This document shows positions 8,214-17,365 of a stretch of 32,000 bases of DNA, piece by piece. This DNA is from Nitrosomonas europaea (GTDB lineage: Bacteria > Pseudomonadota > Gammaproteobacteria > Burkholderiales > Nitrosomonadaceae), in contig NZ_FUWK01000010.1 in NCBI RefSeq assembly GCF_900167395.1, forward strand, positions 1 to 32,000, written 5' to 3'. The notes under the pieces are model-generated. The model did no database searches. It saw only the letters and a list, made by a program, of their open reading frames with translations, and was not told the DNA's origin. The position numbers and the translations under genes are program-made. Within the stretch, counting starts at the first letter, position 1; the number at the start of each line of letters is the position of its first letter.

Positions 8214-9164
8214 ATGTTCGGGTTTCTGGAGAAACTCAGGCAGAGCGGCGTCGTCGGTATGAATCAGCGCAATGCTGATTTCATTCTGCGTTACAACAAG
8301 CGCTCGCTTTATCCGCTGGTGGACGACAAACTGCGAACCAAATACCTGGCAACTGCATCCGGTATTGCGGTGCCCGAACTGTATGGTGTCATCGAAATCC
8401 AGCACGATGTCGCCAGTTTTCCAGATATCGTCAAGGATCACGAGGATTTCGTGATCAAACCGGCACATGGTTCAGGAGGAAACGGTATCTGTGTCATTAC
8501 CGGACGTCTCAACAACCGTTATCGACAGAGCAATGGCGATCTGCTGACCGAGGAAGACATCGAATATCACGTCTCGAACATACTCAGTGGCCTCTACAGC
8601 CTGGGTGGACAGCCTGATCAGGCACTGATCGAATATCGGGTCAAATTCGATCCGCTGTTCGAAACGGTTTCCTACCGCGGCGTACCGGATATTCGTACCA
8701 TCGTGTTCAGAGGGATTCCGGTGGCCTGCATGGTGCGCCTGCCAACTCGTATGTCGGATGGTAAAGCCAATCTTCATCAAGGTGCCGTGGGAGCGGGTAT
8801 CGATCTGATGACCGGTCGCACTACCCATGCCATCTGGCAGAATTATCCGATTGAACAGCATCCGGATACCGGTGCTACCATCAGCGGGCTCGCAATTCCT
8901 CACTGGTATAAATTGCTGACACTGGCAGCACAGTGCCACGATCTGGTCGGACTGGGGTATCTGGGCGTGGATGTCGTGCTCGACCGGGAACTGGGCCCGC
9001 TGGTACTGGAGCTCAATGCACGTCCGGGTCTTTCCATTCAGATAGCCAACCGCAGGGGCATGAGCCGTTTGCTGGAGAAAATCGCCAAACTGGAAGAAAT
9101 CCCTGCTGCGGCAGCAGATCGTGCCACATTGGGACAGGAATTATTTCTGGAAAATCAGACCTGA
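8214..9164 (+). CDS. Alpha-L-glutamate ligase-like (RimK-related) ATP-grasp protein
   Basis: 316 aa starting at MFGFLEKLRQSGVVGMNQRNADFILRYNKRSLYPLVDDKLRTK.... It contains ATP-grasp core motifs (FVIKPAHGSGGNGI, LGYLGVDVVLD...GPLVLELNARPGLSIQIAN). The start lies 5 nt after the upstream stop. Confidence 0.8.
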   Translation: MFGFLEKLRQSGVVGMNQRNADFILRYNKRSLYPLVDDKLRTKYLATASGIAVPELYGVIEIQHDVASFPDIVKDHEDFVIKPAHGSGGNGICVITGRLNNRYRQSNGDLLTEEDIEYHVSNILSGLYSLGGQPDQALIEYRVKFDPLFETVSYRGVPDIRTIVFRGIPVACMVRLPTRMSDGKANLHQGAVGAGIDLMTGRTTHAIWQNYPIEQHPDTGATISGLAIPHWYKLLTLAAQCHDLVGLGYLGVDVVLDRELGPLVLELNARPGLSIQIANRRGMSRLLEKIAKLEEIPAAAADRATLGQELFLENQT

Positions 9165-9237
9165 TTTTCTGTATTTACGGCTATGGTCGCAGGTAATGTT
9201 CTTATCCTTACCCTTCGCGCAAGATCAGAGGTTCTTA

Positions 9238-9338
9238 TTCCATTCCCAAATCAAAAATGACACGAAGGCGAGCCGCAGACAGTATAAATAATACGGCCAG
9301 GCGAAGCCGACAAAGTTAGTTTTGATTTAGAAATGGAA
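9238..9338. repeat. MITE-like/REP-like palindromic element (about 101 bp) between two convergent genes
   Basis: The left arm TTCCATTCCCAAATCAAAA (9238-9256) pairs with the right arm TTTTGATTTAGAAATGGAA (9320-9338), matching 17 of 19 positions. The interior holds two AGGCGA(G/A)GCCG units. The element abuts the pta stop codon (9339-9341). Its ends resemble the TCT(A/G)AA termini of the other repeats. Confidence 0.5.
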
Positions 9339-11426
9339 TTAGCGTTGACTGGCCGCCTGTACGGCAGTCAAGGCAATGGTATAAACAATATCTTCCACCG
9401 ATGCGCCGCGTGACAGATCATTCACCGGCTTACGCAGGCCTTGCAACATGGGGCCGACACTGACTACGTTGGCGCTGCGCTGTACGGCTTTGTAAGTGGT
9501 ATTGCCGGTGTTGAGATCCGGAAAGATAAACACGGTAGCGCGCCCTGCTACCGGGCTGCCAGGTGCTTTTTGCCGGCCCACGCTGGCAATCGCAGCGGCA
9601 TCGTATTGCAGAGGGCCGTCGATCAGCAGATCGGGACGTGCCAAACGGGCAAGTCGAGTGGCTTCGCGTACTTTTTCCACTTCTTGCCCGCTGCCGGAAT
9701 CACCGGTGGAATAACTCAACATGGCTACGCGTGGCTCGATACCCAGTGCCTGTGCCGACGCGGCACTTTGCAGTGCGATATCGGCCAGTTCTTCAGCCGT
9801 AGGATTAGGATTGACCGCACAATCTCCATACACGACGACTTGTTCTGGCAGCAGCATAAAGAAGACAGAGGAGACAAGTTTAAAACCCGGTGCTGTTTTG
9901 ATCAGTTGCAAAGCGGGGCGAATGGTATTGGCGGTGGTATTGATTGCGCCGGAGACGAGGCCATCGACTTCACCCGTCGCCAGCATCATGGTGCCCAGCA
10001 CGACATTGTCCTCCAGTTGCGCCAGCGCCATGGGTTCATTTAATCCTTTGTGCTTGCGTAACTCCACCATAGCCGCCACATAATTTCGGCGCACTTTTTC
10101 CGGATCAATCATTTCAAGCCCTTCGGGCAGGGTAATGCCACGTGCGCTGGCCACCGCTTTTACTGCATCAGGTTTTGCCAGCAACACGCAACGGGCAATG
10201 CCACGTTCCTGGCAAATGGTTGCCGCTTGTATGGTGCGGGGTTCGTACCCTTCCGGTAACACGATACGGCAATCAGCCTCTTGCGCCCGCTTGACCAGGC
10301 GATAGCGGAAGGCGGGGGGAGAAAGGCGTTGTTCCTGTGGCTCACCACAGCGCTTAACCAATAATTCCTGACGAATATGATTCGCCACAAAGTTGGTGAT
10401 GCGCTCAGCACGCTCGTGGTCATCCAGCGGAATCTCCCGATTCATGCGATGCAGGTTGGCGGCGGTATCGTATGAATTGGTCGTGACGGTACAAACTGGT
10501 AATCCTTTTGTCAGTGCACCTTTGCACAATTCCAGCACGCGCGGATCTGGCGGAAAATCACTGCACAGCAGTAACCCCGCCAGTGGTACACCATTCAGTA
10601 CGGCAAGGCTGGCGGCCATGACAATATCGTCCCGGTCACCAGGTGTTACCACCAGAACTCCGGGACGTAACAATGTCACTGAATTGGGGGCGGCACTGGC
10701 AAACAGCACGATATCCTGTACACGGCGTTTTTCACTATCCCCCGCGTTTACGATCTGAGCTTGCAGCTGTGTGACAACGTCTGCCATGCGAGGAGCATTC
10801 AAGGAATCCTCCCAGGGAATACAACCCAGAATCTGAAAGCTGGATTGATGGAACAGGGTGGAATGGTTTTTTAGCTGTTCAAAAAGATCATCAGAATGAT
10901 CGGTGCGAATTTTATTGAGGATTACGCCCAATAGACGAGGATTCTGAGCACCACCAAAAAATTGAGCCTGAATTTCAATACGATCTGTAATTGCCTGCAG
11001 TGCATCATCTTCGGCAGATGAAACGAGGATGATATCAGCATCAAGGCTGCTGGCCAGCCTGGTATTCACGCGTGAGGCATAGCTGACATGGCGTGTAGGT
11101 ACCATACCTTCTACCACCATCACATCATAACCTTCAGAGGCTTGCTTAAATCGCCGGACGATATCTTCCATCAAGTCGTCAATCTGACCTTCACCCAGCA
11201 GATGTTCAACTGTAGCTAACGGAAGCGGAGCGGGTGGTGCCAGGCCCAACGTTCGCGAGATCAGTTCAGTGGAATATTCAAGCTTGGAATTACCGGGATG
11301 TTGCTGAGCGACAGGTTTATAAAAACCCGCTTTAAGGCCGCCATATTCGAGCGCCCGCACCAATCCTAAACTGGTTGAAGTGAGTCCGACACCAAAGCCG
11401 GTAGAGGTAACAAAGAAAGTATGCAT
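9339..11426 (-). CDS. pta: Phosphate acetyltransferase (long form with N-terminal P-loop/DRTGG region)
   Basis: 695 aa. The N-terminus TSTGFGVGLTSTSLGLVRALEYGGLKAGFYKPVAQ parallels E. coli Pta. The C-terminal PTA_PTB domain shows ...VDGLVSGAINTTANTIRPALQLIKT...DCAVNPNPTAEELADIA.... Confidence 0.92.
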   Translation of the reverse strand: MHTFFVTSTGFGVGLTSTSLGLVRALEYGGLKAGFYKPVAQQHPGNSKLEYSTELISRTLGLAPPAPLPLATVEHLLGEGQIDDLMEDIVRRFKQASEGYDVMVVEGMVPTRHVSYASRVNTRLASSLDADIILVSSAEDDALQAITDRIEIQAQFFGGAQNPRLLGVILNKIRTDHSDDLFEQLKNHSTLFHQSSFQILGCIPWEDSLNAPRMADVVTQLQAQIVNAGDSEKRRVQDIVLFASAAPNSVTLLRPGVLVVTPGDRDDIVMAASLAVLNGVPLAGLLLCSDFPPDPRVLELCKGALTKGLPVCTVTTNSYDTAANLHRMNREIPLDDHERAERITNFVANHIRQELLVKRCGEPQEQRLSPPAFRYRLVKRAQEADCRIVLPEGYEPRTIQAATICQERGIARCVLLAKPDAVKAVASARGITLPEGLEMIDPEKVRRNYVAAMVELRKHKGLNEPMALAQLEDNVVLGTMMLATGEVDGLVSGAINTTANTIRPALQLIKTAPGFKLVSSVFFMLLPEQVVVYGDCAVNPNPTAEELADIALQSAASAQALGIEPRVAMLSYSTGDSGSGQEVEKVREATRLARLARPDLLIDGPLQYDAAAIASVGRQKAPGSPVAGRATVFIFPDLNTGNTTYKAVQRSANVVSVGPMLQGLRKPVNDLSRGASVEDIVYTIALTAVQAASQR

Positions 11427-11470
11427 GCCTTTTTATTCATCCCGCGTCAAGGTTGGTGAAAAAACGCTGA

Positions 11471-11512
11471 GGAACTTCTGAAAAACTATCTGCGTTGCCA
11501 TTTCTGCGTTAA
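11471..11512. repeat. Solo left half of the 671-821 repeat element
   Basis: GGAACTTCTGAAAAACTATCTGCGTTGCCATTTCTGCGTTAA versus GGAATCTCTGAAAAACTACCTGCGTTGCCATTTCTGCGTTAA at 671-712, with 3 mismatches. Confidence 0.55.
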
Positions 11513-11756
11513 TCCAGGTGATCGCTCACGACCAAACCAGTTCACCAGCAACTGTCCGGACAGTGGTGCGGCGTTCAGATATCCGGGTGAGTCACAAGCT
11601 GTCGCCAATCCCACCGGGCTACGTCCTCGTCCGGCAACGGTTGTTATCACGCGTGAAGATGGCGTCGTCGTCGGGCAAGTTTTTGTCTGGCCCTGCCACT
11701 TGCCGCGCTTCAGCCTGCCGCCATCGGATCCCAGAGTTCTGGCTGCAGCATCTGCT

Positions 11757-12812
11757 TCAATCGATCCAGAATGCACCGTGTTGACGCTGCAAATACCAGA
11801 GTGAGTTTTCCTCTTCACGACATACACCGTAGCGAAAGGAAGGCGGCAATCCGGGAAACTGGAAACGCAGATCGATGAACCAAACGCAGATGTTTTGTGC
11901 AGGATGGTCGATGCCATCCAGAACCGGGAATTGTGCGAACTGACGGAACGGTGCCAGAACCGGCTGCTGCCAGGCTTCGTGCGACAGGGCTGCATACTCG
12001 GGAGAGCGGCTGTCGTGCAGGCGGTATGATCGCCAGTTTGCCATTGCCAGCGGGCGATAGGCTGCAGTCATGTTACATAACAGATTACTTGTATCAGTAC
12101 ACTTAAGCAGAGTGCTCCGTCTCAGATTGATTCGTGCGACATGCAGCTCGGTGTCATCACGAATAATCACCATCTGATTGAAAGGCGACAAAGGTTGTGG
12201 CAATACACTGACTGTCTGCTGATCGAGCATTTTTTCAGCGGCATGCACTTTCCCCGCCTGCATGGCTTCCTCGTGCAGCATCCATAAAAATGATACATAC
12301 GCCACGATACCGATCAGTGAAGCCACTGCATAGACCCGTTTTGTCGGGAAAATGGCACTCAGGACAAGTCCGGCAAGGATGATCGCAGTGAACCACGGAT
12401 CGATGACGAACACGAGGGGCAGAGAAAATCGCCAGGTGGAAAACGGCGCCAGCAGCATCAGACCGTATGCTGTCACCAGATCGCCCAGAATATGGATCAT
12501 GATGCCCAGGCACGCCGGTACGAAGAATGATCGCCATGGGTAATGTCCCCCGGTAAACCGGGAAAACAGATGCGCCAGCAGGAATGCCCAGAAAGGCAGC
12601 ATCACGAGCGAATGCGTCGGCCCCTGATGCCAGTTGAGATAAGTCAGGGTATCGATCAGCCGCAAGACGACATCGCTATCCGGAAAAGCGGCCGCTACAC
12701 TTCCGGCAACGATACGTTCCCGCAACGGCAATCGCTGAGCATACTGAGTATGCGAAGAAGTAACGGCTCTCATCAGCAACGCACCGCTCAACGTATGTGT
12801 CACAGGGTCCAT
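11757..12812 (-). CDS. Membrane-bound metal-dependent hydrolase (YdjM/DUF457-like) with a C-terminal extension
   Basis: 351 aa counted from MDPVTHTLSGALL..., the typical family N-terminus. His-rich TM segments are present (LNWHQGPTHS, IMIHILGD). It lies 58 nt downstream of tetR on the same strand. Confidence 0.6.
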   Translation of the reverse strand: MDPVTHTLSGALLMRAVTSSHTQYAQRLPLRERIVAGSVAAAFPDSDVVLRLIDTLTYLNWHQGPTHSLVMLPFWAFLLAHLFSRFTGGHYPWRSFFVPACLGIMIHILGDLVTAYGLMLLAPFSTWRFSLPLVFVIDPWFTAIILAGLVLSAIFPTKRVYAVASLIGIVAYVSFLWMLHEEAMQAGKVHAAEKMLDQQTVSVLPQPLSPFNQMVIIRDDTELHVARINLRRSTLLKCTDTSNLLCNMTAAYRPLAMANWRSYRLHDSRSPEYAALSHEAWQQPVLAPFRQFAQFPVLDGIDHPAQNICVWFIDLRFQFPGLPPSFRYGVCREEENSLWYLQRQHGAFWID

Positions 12813-12869
12813 CTTTCTCTCCTGTGCCAGACGCACACTCGGGTGCGTCCGAGACTGCAGTTTCCAGGT

Positions 12870-13511
12870 TTAATCGAACTGCAGCGGAATTTGCTGTTTG
12901 TGTGGCACTGTACTTTTTTCGGGATCTTTACCATACACCTTCTGACCCAGCCAGGCAGCCATGGTCAAATGGCGCTTCAGAAACTGGCGGGTATGGCGCG
13001 AGTTTTCTGATTCATCCCGCATCCAGAAAAAGAAAGTCATCAGATAAATAGTCGTCAGCGTGCTTTCCTCCAATGCTCGCCGCATGAATGTGGCATCACG
13101 CTGTGCTGCCTCACGTACCCACTGCACGGTGCGGCTGACACGCATGACAGCAGGTATCTGAATATGGATATGCCCGAATTCCAGCTTGGACATGATCATC
13201 TGCCGGGTTACTTTGCGCTGTACCGCCAGTGCATCCAGCCAGATCATGATGAGATGATGGATACGTTCAGACGCAACCAGATCGAGAAAACCGGCAGATT
13301 CGGCTTCCTTCAGCATACGACTGTCAGCACGGTCGAACCAGGCATCGATCAGCTCATCTTTCTCACGAAAATACAATCGGATTTCATCCAGGGAAACAGC
13401 CAGCCTGGCTGCTATATCGTACAACCGCACCGCTTCCCAGGATGTATGAGCAGCCAGCTCCACTGCCGTATCGACGATTGCATCACGCATCGGATCATTA
13501 TTTATCGTCAT
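12870..13511 (-). CDS. TetR/AcrR-family transcriptional regulator
   Basis: 213 aa. The N-terminal HTH region AIVDTAVELAAHTSWEAVRLYDIAARLAVSLDEIRLYFREKDELI fits the TetR_N pattern. Confidence 0.8.
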   Translation of the reverse strand: MTINNDPMRDAIVDTAVELAAHTSWEAVRLYDIAARLAVSLDEIRLYFREKDELIDAWFDRADSRMLKEAESAGFLDLVASERIHHLIMIWLDALAVQRKVTRQMIMSKLEFGHIHIQIPAVMRVSRTVQWVREAAQRDATFMRRALEESTLTTIYLMTFFFWMRDESENSRHTRQFLKRHLTMAAWLGQKVYGKDPEKSTVPHKQQIPLQFD

Positions 13512-13652
13512 ATCGAGCCTCCTTATTTCTCAAAACAGGAAATGCAATACTTTTCATTGTACCTGTCTTGCCTGATGGATCGGTTATACCATTTATGATC
13601 GAGCTGACTGTTTTCCCTGGATATCTTTCGCACAAATAACGAAAAAGGACGA

Positions 13653-14345
13653 TTACTGCTTTATTTCTACTACTCCCCCTGCCCGTGCTATTCCCCTGAT
13701 GATACGTCCGGTGTGGTTGCGCACCTGGACGACTTCTCCTGCGGCCGCGGCAGCAAGCGCCTCGCCTTCCATGCTGACGGCAAATCCTGCTCCGGTTGCA
13801 GTGAGCCGTACTTTCTGCCCGCGCGAGATGACGTGCGGCGCACGTAACTGGTGCGTGCGGATGGGTTGTCCGGAAGCGAGGAATGTCGTTGCTACTTTGC
13901 CGATAACCTGATCGGGATCGGTGGCTACTTCTCCGGGAATACGCACGAGATCTGCTTCTTTACTAACGATGTCCTGAGCCTCCAGCTGTTTTCCCATACT
14001 GACCGGCTGTGCAGCATGCACGACACGGGTAATCACTTCGATTTCAACCGGAACATACAGTGTCCAGGTGGCTTCATCCTGACAGCGTACCCCCACTGAG
14101 AACTTTCCCCATACCCGTCCTCCCGTCGGCAGAAACGGCTGGGGCTGGCGGCATGAGCGCGGTGTCTGGCGTGTATCCGGTCTGTTCGATTTGATGATGA
14201 CTTTACCGGGCAGATGGCGGGTTTCATTGCGCACAAAGTCGTTTACGACCTCGAGTATCGTCGATGCGGATGAATCTTCGCTGGCGGTTGCCGCCATCGG
14301 GGTCAGGGCATACACGAGAACGATCAGTAAAAATTTTATTTTCAT
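13653..14345 (-). CDS. flgA: Flagellar basal-body P-ring formation chaperone FlgA
   Basis: 230 aa counted from the ATG (MKIKFLLIVLVYAL..., signal peptide). The C-terminal SAF-type motif reads GQKVRLTATGAGFAVSMEGEALAAAAAGEVVQVRN.... It is divergent from flgB. The track start at 14384 is a TTG. Confidence 0.85.
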   Translation of the reverse strand: MKIKFLLIVLVYALTPMAATASEDSSASTILEVVNDFVRNETRHLPGKVIIKSNRPDTRQTPRSCRQPQPFLPTGGRVWGKFSVGVRCQDEATWTLYVPVEIEVITRVVHAAQPVSMGKQLEAQDIVSKEADLVRIPGEVATDPDQVIGKVATTFLASGQPIRTHQLRAPHVISRGQKVRLTATGAGFAVSMEGEALAAAAAGEVVQVRNHTGRIIRGIARAGGVVEIKQ

Positions 14346-14379
14346 GATGGACAAGGTTGATACCAGAGGACTGGTTACG

Positions 14380-14413
14380 GGCAATTTTTGCCGCCAGCGG
14401 CAATTTTTGCCGC
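14380..14413. promoter_or_regulatory. Tandem 15-bp direct repeat (GGCAATTTTTGCCGC x2, 19-bp period), each copy internally palindromic; candidate regulator site in the flgA-flgB divergent region
   Basis: Copies at 14380-14394 and 14399-14413 are identical. Each holds the GGCAA-TTT-TTGCC dyad. They lie 35-70 bp upstream of the flgA ATG. Confidence 0.35.
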
Positions 14414-14518
14414 TACGTTCCGCATGGTATCGCTGCCCCGCCCCGGTTAACCTGGAAATTGAAGGGTGATCATGTGCCAGTTTGATTCATTGACCGTAAG
14501 GAAACGGTCGATTCAGCC

Positions 14519-14533
14519 TGGCACGATTCCTGC
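14519..14533 (+). promoter_or_regulatory. Sigma54 (RpoN) -24/-12 promoter for the flgB operon
   Basis: TGGCACGattcCTGCt versus the consensus TGGCACG-N4-TTGCW. The spacing is correct and there is one mismatch. It lies 35 nt upstream of the flgB ATG. Confidence 0.6.
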
Positions 14534-14567
14534 TTAATGATTAGTGACTACTTTGCAGGAGGAAAGC

Positions 14568-14981
14568 ATGATCAGCAAACTGGAAAATCTGGTTGGTTTT
14601 AACCAGAGAGCACTGGGATTACGGGCAACCAGACAGGAATTACTGTCCGGGAATATCGCCAATGCCGATACCCCGGGTTTCAAGGCAAGAGATTTCGATT
14701 TTGCCAAAGCGATGCAAAACGTTCAATCGCCGCAGCGGGTACAACATTCCTCTCTGGCGACTACAGCACCCGGACATATCGGTATGGCAGATTTCAGGTC
14801 GATCACCTCCGTACCAAAGCAGTACCGTGTGCCGCAGCAACCCAGTATCGATGGTAATACCGTCGATATGGACACCGAACGGATGCAGTTTATGGATAAC
14901 GCCATGCGCTATGACGCCGGGCTGACATTTATCAGCGGCCAGTTCCGTACCTTGTTATCAGCCATCAAAGAAGGAAATTAA
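14568..14981 (+). CDS. flgB: Flagellar basal-body rod protein FlgB
   Basis: 137 aa from the ATG preceded by AGGAGG. Contains the rod-family motif LLSGNIANADTPGFKARD. Confidence 0.9.
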   Translation: MISKLENLVGFNQRALGLRATRQELLSGNIANADTPGFKARDFDFAKAMQNVQSPQRVQHSSLATTAPGHIGMADFRSITSVPKQYRVPQQPSIDGNTVDMDTERMQFMDNAMRYDAGLTFISGQFRTLLSAIKEGN

Positions 14982-14986
14982 CAGCC

Positions 14987-15391
14987 ATGTCCCTATTCAG
15001 CGTATTCAATGTAGCCGGTTCATCCATGGCAGCCCAGTCGCAGCGACTGAATGTCGTGGCCAGCAATCTTGCCAATGCAGACAGTGCTACCAGTTCGACT
15101 GGAGAAGCCTATCGTTCCCGCCAAGTGGTGTTTCGCACGATCGATGTCACGGCAGATAAGGCGAAGGGAGTAAAAGTGGCAGGTGTGGTGAACGACCCTT
15201 CACCCATGCGGGTGGTGTACGACCCGAAGCATCCGATGGCGAATGAAAAGGGGTACGTCACTCTGCCCAATGTCAACGTGGTGGATGAAATGGTCAACAT
15301 GATGTCGGCTTCGCGCTCCTATCAGAACAGTGTCGACATGATGAACGTGACCAAAACACTGCTGCAGAAAGCGTTAACAATCGGTCAATAA
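14987..15391 (+). CDS. flgC: Flagellar basal-body rod protein FlgC
   Basis: 134 aa. VVASNLANADS... plus the C-terminal SASRSYQNSVDMMNVTKTLLQKAL are typical of FlgC. Confidence 0.92.
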   Translation: MSLFSVFNVAGSSMAAQSQRLNVVASNLANADSATSSTGEAYRSRQVVFRTIDVTADKAKGVKVAGVVNDPSPMRVVYDPKHPMANEKGYVTLPNVNVVDEMVNMMSASRSYQNSVDMMNVTKTLLQKALTIGQ

Positions 15392-15407
15392 AAGGAGAGA
15401 ACGCACC

Positions 15408-16079
15408 ATGAGTCAGGTACAGAACAATTCCAGCGTATCCGAGCTGCTGGCTTCGAATAGCGGCAGTATCAAGTCTTATCGCAAAGACGAGGAGGATCCT
15501 CAGGATCGGTTTCTCAAGCTGCTGGTGACACAAATGCAAAACCAGGATCCGCTCAGTCCGATGGACAATGCGGAAGTGACCAGTCAGATGGCGCAGATCA
15601 GCACCGTGAGCGGTATCGACAAACTCAATACCACGCTGGAGAAACTGGTGGCGGATTCCGATGCTCGGCGTTCGTTTGAAGCAGCCACTATGATCGGCCG
15701 TGGTGTGCTGGTTCCGGGAACCGACATGCAACTGGAAAATCAGGCGGCGATAGGCGGGTTTGAGCTGGCTGAGTCGGTGGACAAGCTTACCGTCACCGTC
15801 AAGGATAGTGCCGGCATTACCGTGCGTGAAATCGATCTTGGCGCACAGGCTGCAGGTGTAGGCACCTTCGTCTGGGATGGTATGGCCAATAACGGGAACG
15901 CAGCGGCGGATGGACAGTACAGCTTCGCACTGAAGGCGATACGCGCTGACAAGGAAGTATCTTCCTCGGCCCTGGCGTTCGGTTCAGTCAGCAGCGCTCA
16001 GGCAGGTAAGGATGGCGCTTTGCTGGAAGTGGGCCGGCTGGGATATGTCGGTATGGATGCAGTTAAGAAAATATTCTGA
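15408..16079 (+). CDS. flgD: Flagellar hook-capping/assembly protein FlgD
   Basis: 223 aa. Contains the FlgD signature FLKLLVTQMQNQDPLSPMDNAEVTSQMAQISTVSG. Confidence 0.92.
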   Translation: MSQVQNNSSVSELLASNSGSIKSYRKDEEDPQDRFLKLLVTQMQNQDPLSPMDNAEVTSQMAQISTVSGIDKLNTTLEKLVADSDARRSFEAATMIGRGVLVPGTDMQLENQAAIGGFELAESVDKLTVTVKDSAGITVREIDLGAQAAGVGTFVWDGMANNGNAAADGQYSFALKAIRADKEVSSSALAFGSVSSAQAGKDGALLEVGRLGYVGMDAVKKIF

Positions 16080-16093
16080 GTGGAGAGTAAATC

Positions 16094-17326
16094 ATGGGTT
16101 TTCAACACGGATTGAGTGGATTAAAGGCAGCTTCAGCCAAGCTGGATGTCACGGGTAACAATATCGCCAATGCCAACACGGTTGGATTCAAGCAATCACA
16201 AGCGCAGTTTGCTGATGTTTACGCCAATGCGCTGGGAGGCGGCAGGAATCAGATCGGGATTGGTACTCAACTGGCAGCTGTCGCGCAGGAATTTAATCAG
16301 GGGAATGTGACACCTACCAATAACCCGCTGGATGTCGCAATTACCGGCAATGGTTTTTTTCGGATGGATAACAACGGTTCGATCAGTTTTACCCGTAACG
16401 GCCAGTTTCATCTGGATAAGGACGGGTTTCTGGTCAATGCGAGCAATTACAACGTTACTGGTTTCGGAGCGGATGCATCCGGCCAGATTATCCCCAATAT
16501 CCCGGTCAATCTGCGGTTGCCTACAGCAGATATGACGCCTAATCCGACTACCAGTTTCATGACAGGGGTCAATCTGGATGCGCGTGCTGATGTAGTGACT
16601 GATCCTTTTAATGTAGCTAATCCAGATACCTATACCCATTCTACTTCGGGAGAAATTTTTGACAGTTTTGGTAATTCCCATATATTAAATTTATATTTCC
16701 AGAAAACAGCTGCATCCACTTGGGGCGTATATACAGCCGTGGATGGTACAGTAGTAGATCCCTCTACTGGATTATCTGGTACGGATAGCCCAATCACTTT
16801 GAGCTTTAATCCATCCGGGATCATGACATCAACCGGGTCAAGTACGATTAATGTGGCTGCTTCTGTACTGGGTGCGGGCGTTTCACCGCTTGCTTTTGAG
16901 CTTGATTTAACCCGTTCCACCCAGTTTGGCAGCAAATTCGGGGTGAATGTGATGAGCCAGGATGGATTTGCTTCGGGTCGCCTGGCCGGGTACAGCATTT
17001 CTGATGATGGCCAGATCAGAGCCAGTTACTCCAATAACGTCACGCGCACAGTCGGTCAACTTGTACTGGCAGGTTTTTCCAATCCTAACGGTCTCAAGCC
17101 GCTGGGAAGCAATCAGTGGGGTGAGACGGCTGAATCCGGATTGCCGTTGGTGGGGACTCCGGAGACGGGTGTGCTGGGCTCACTGCAATCTTCAGCAGTG
17201 GAAGAATCCAATGTTGATCTGACGACCGAGCTGGTCACCCTGATCATGACGCAGCGGGTCTATCAGGCCAATGCCAAGACCATCGAGACACAGGATGCAG
17301 TAATGCAGACCATCATGAATATCTGA
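16094..17326 (+). CDS. flgE: Flagellar hook protein FlgE
   Basis: 410 aa. GNNIANANTVGFKQS at the N-terminus, FTRNGQF, and the C-terminal ESNVDLTTELVTLIMTQRVYQANAK. Confidence 0.92.
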   Translation: MGFQHGLSGLKAASAKLDVTGNNIANANTVGFKQSQAQFADVYANALGGGRNQIGIGTQLAAVAQEFNQGNVTPTNNPLDVAITGNGFFRMDNNGSISFTRNGQFHLDKDGFLVNASNYNVTGFGADASGQIIPNIPVNLRLPTADMTPNPTTSFMTGVNLDARADVVTDPFNVANPDTYTHSTSGEIFDSFGNSHILNLYFQKTAASTWGVYTAVDGTVVDPSTGLSGTDSPITLSFNPSGIMTSTGSSTINVAASVLGAGVSPLAFELDLTRSTQFGSKFGVNVMSQDGFASGRLAGYSISDDGQIRASYSNNVTRTVGQLVLAGFSNPNGLKPLGSNQWGETAESGLPLVGTPETGVLGSLQSSAVEESNVDLTTELVTLIMTQRVYQANAKTIETQDAVMQTIMNI

Positions 17327-17365
17327 TGGCTTTCTGTTTAACCCTGATTAGGTGACGATTCAAAA

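Noticed and set aside
9441-10758. Antisense ORFs within pta (9441-10043, 9496-9714, 9563-9802, 9721-10083, 10393-10758) and the same-strand out-of-frame ORF 10160-10423; similar shadow ORFs occur inside the flg genes, tetR and the 7TM gene.
   Set aside because: They lie entirely within well-supported genes and show no motifs, so they are shadow ORFs.
11486-11995. ORFs 11486-11995 (-) and 11518-11784 (+) between pta and the hydrolase gene.
   Set aside because: They overlap the 3' end of the hydrolase gene and a repeat half. The translations are Ser/Arg/Gly-rich with no motif and no RBS.
14380-14413. Possible CRISPR or tandem-repeat array.
   Set aside because: There are only two 15-bp copies, no spacer-repeat periodicity and no cas genes. 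It is treated as a candidate regulatory site. No CRISPR array is present anywhere in the window.
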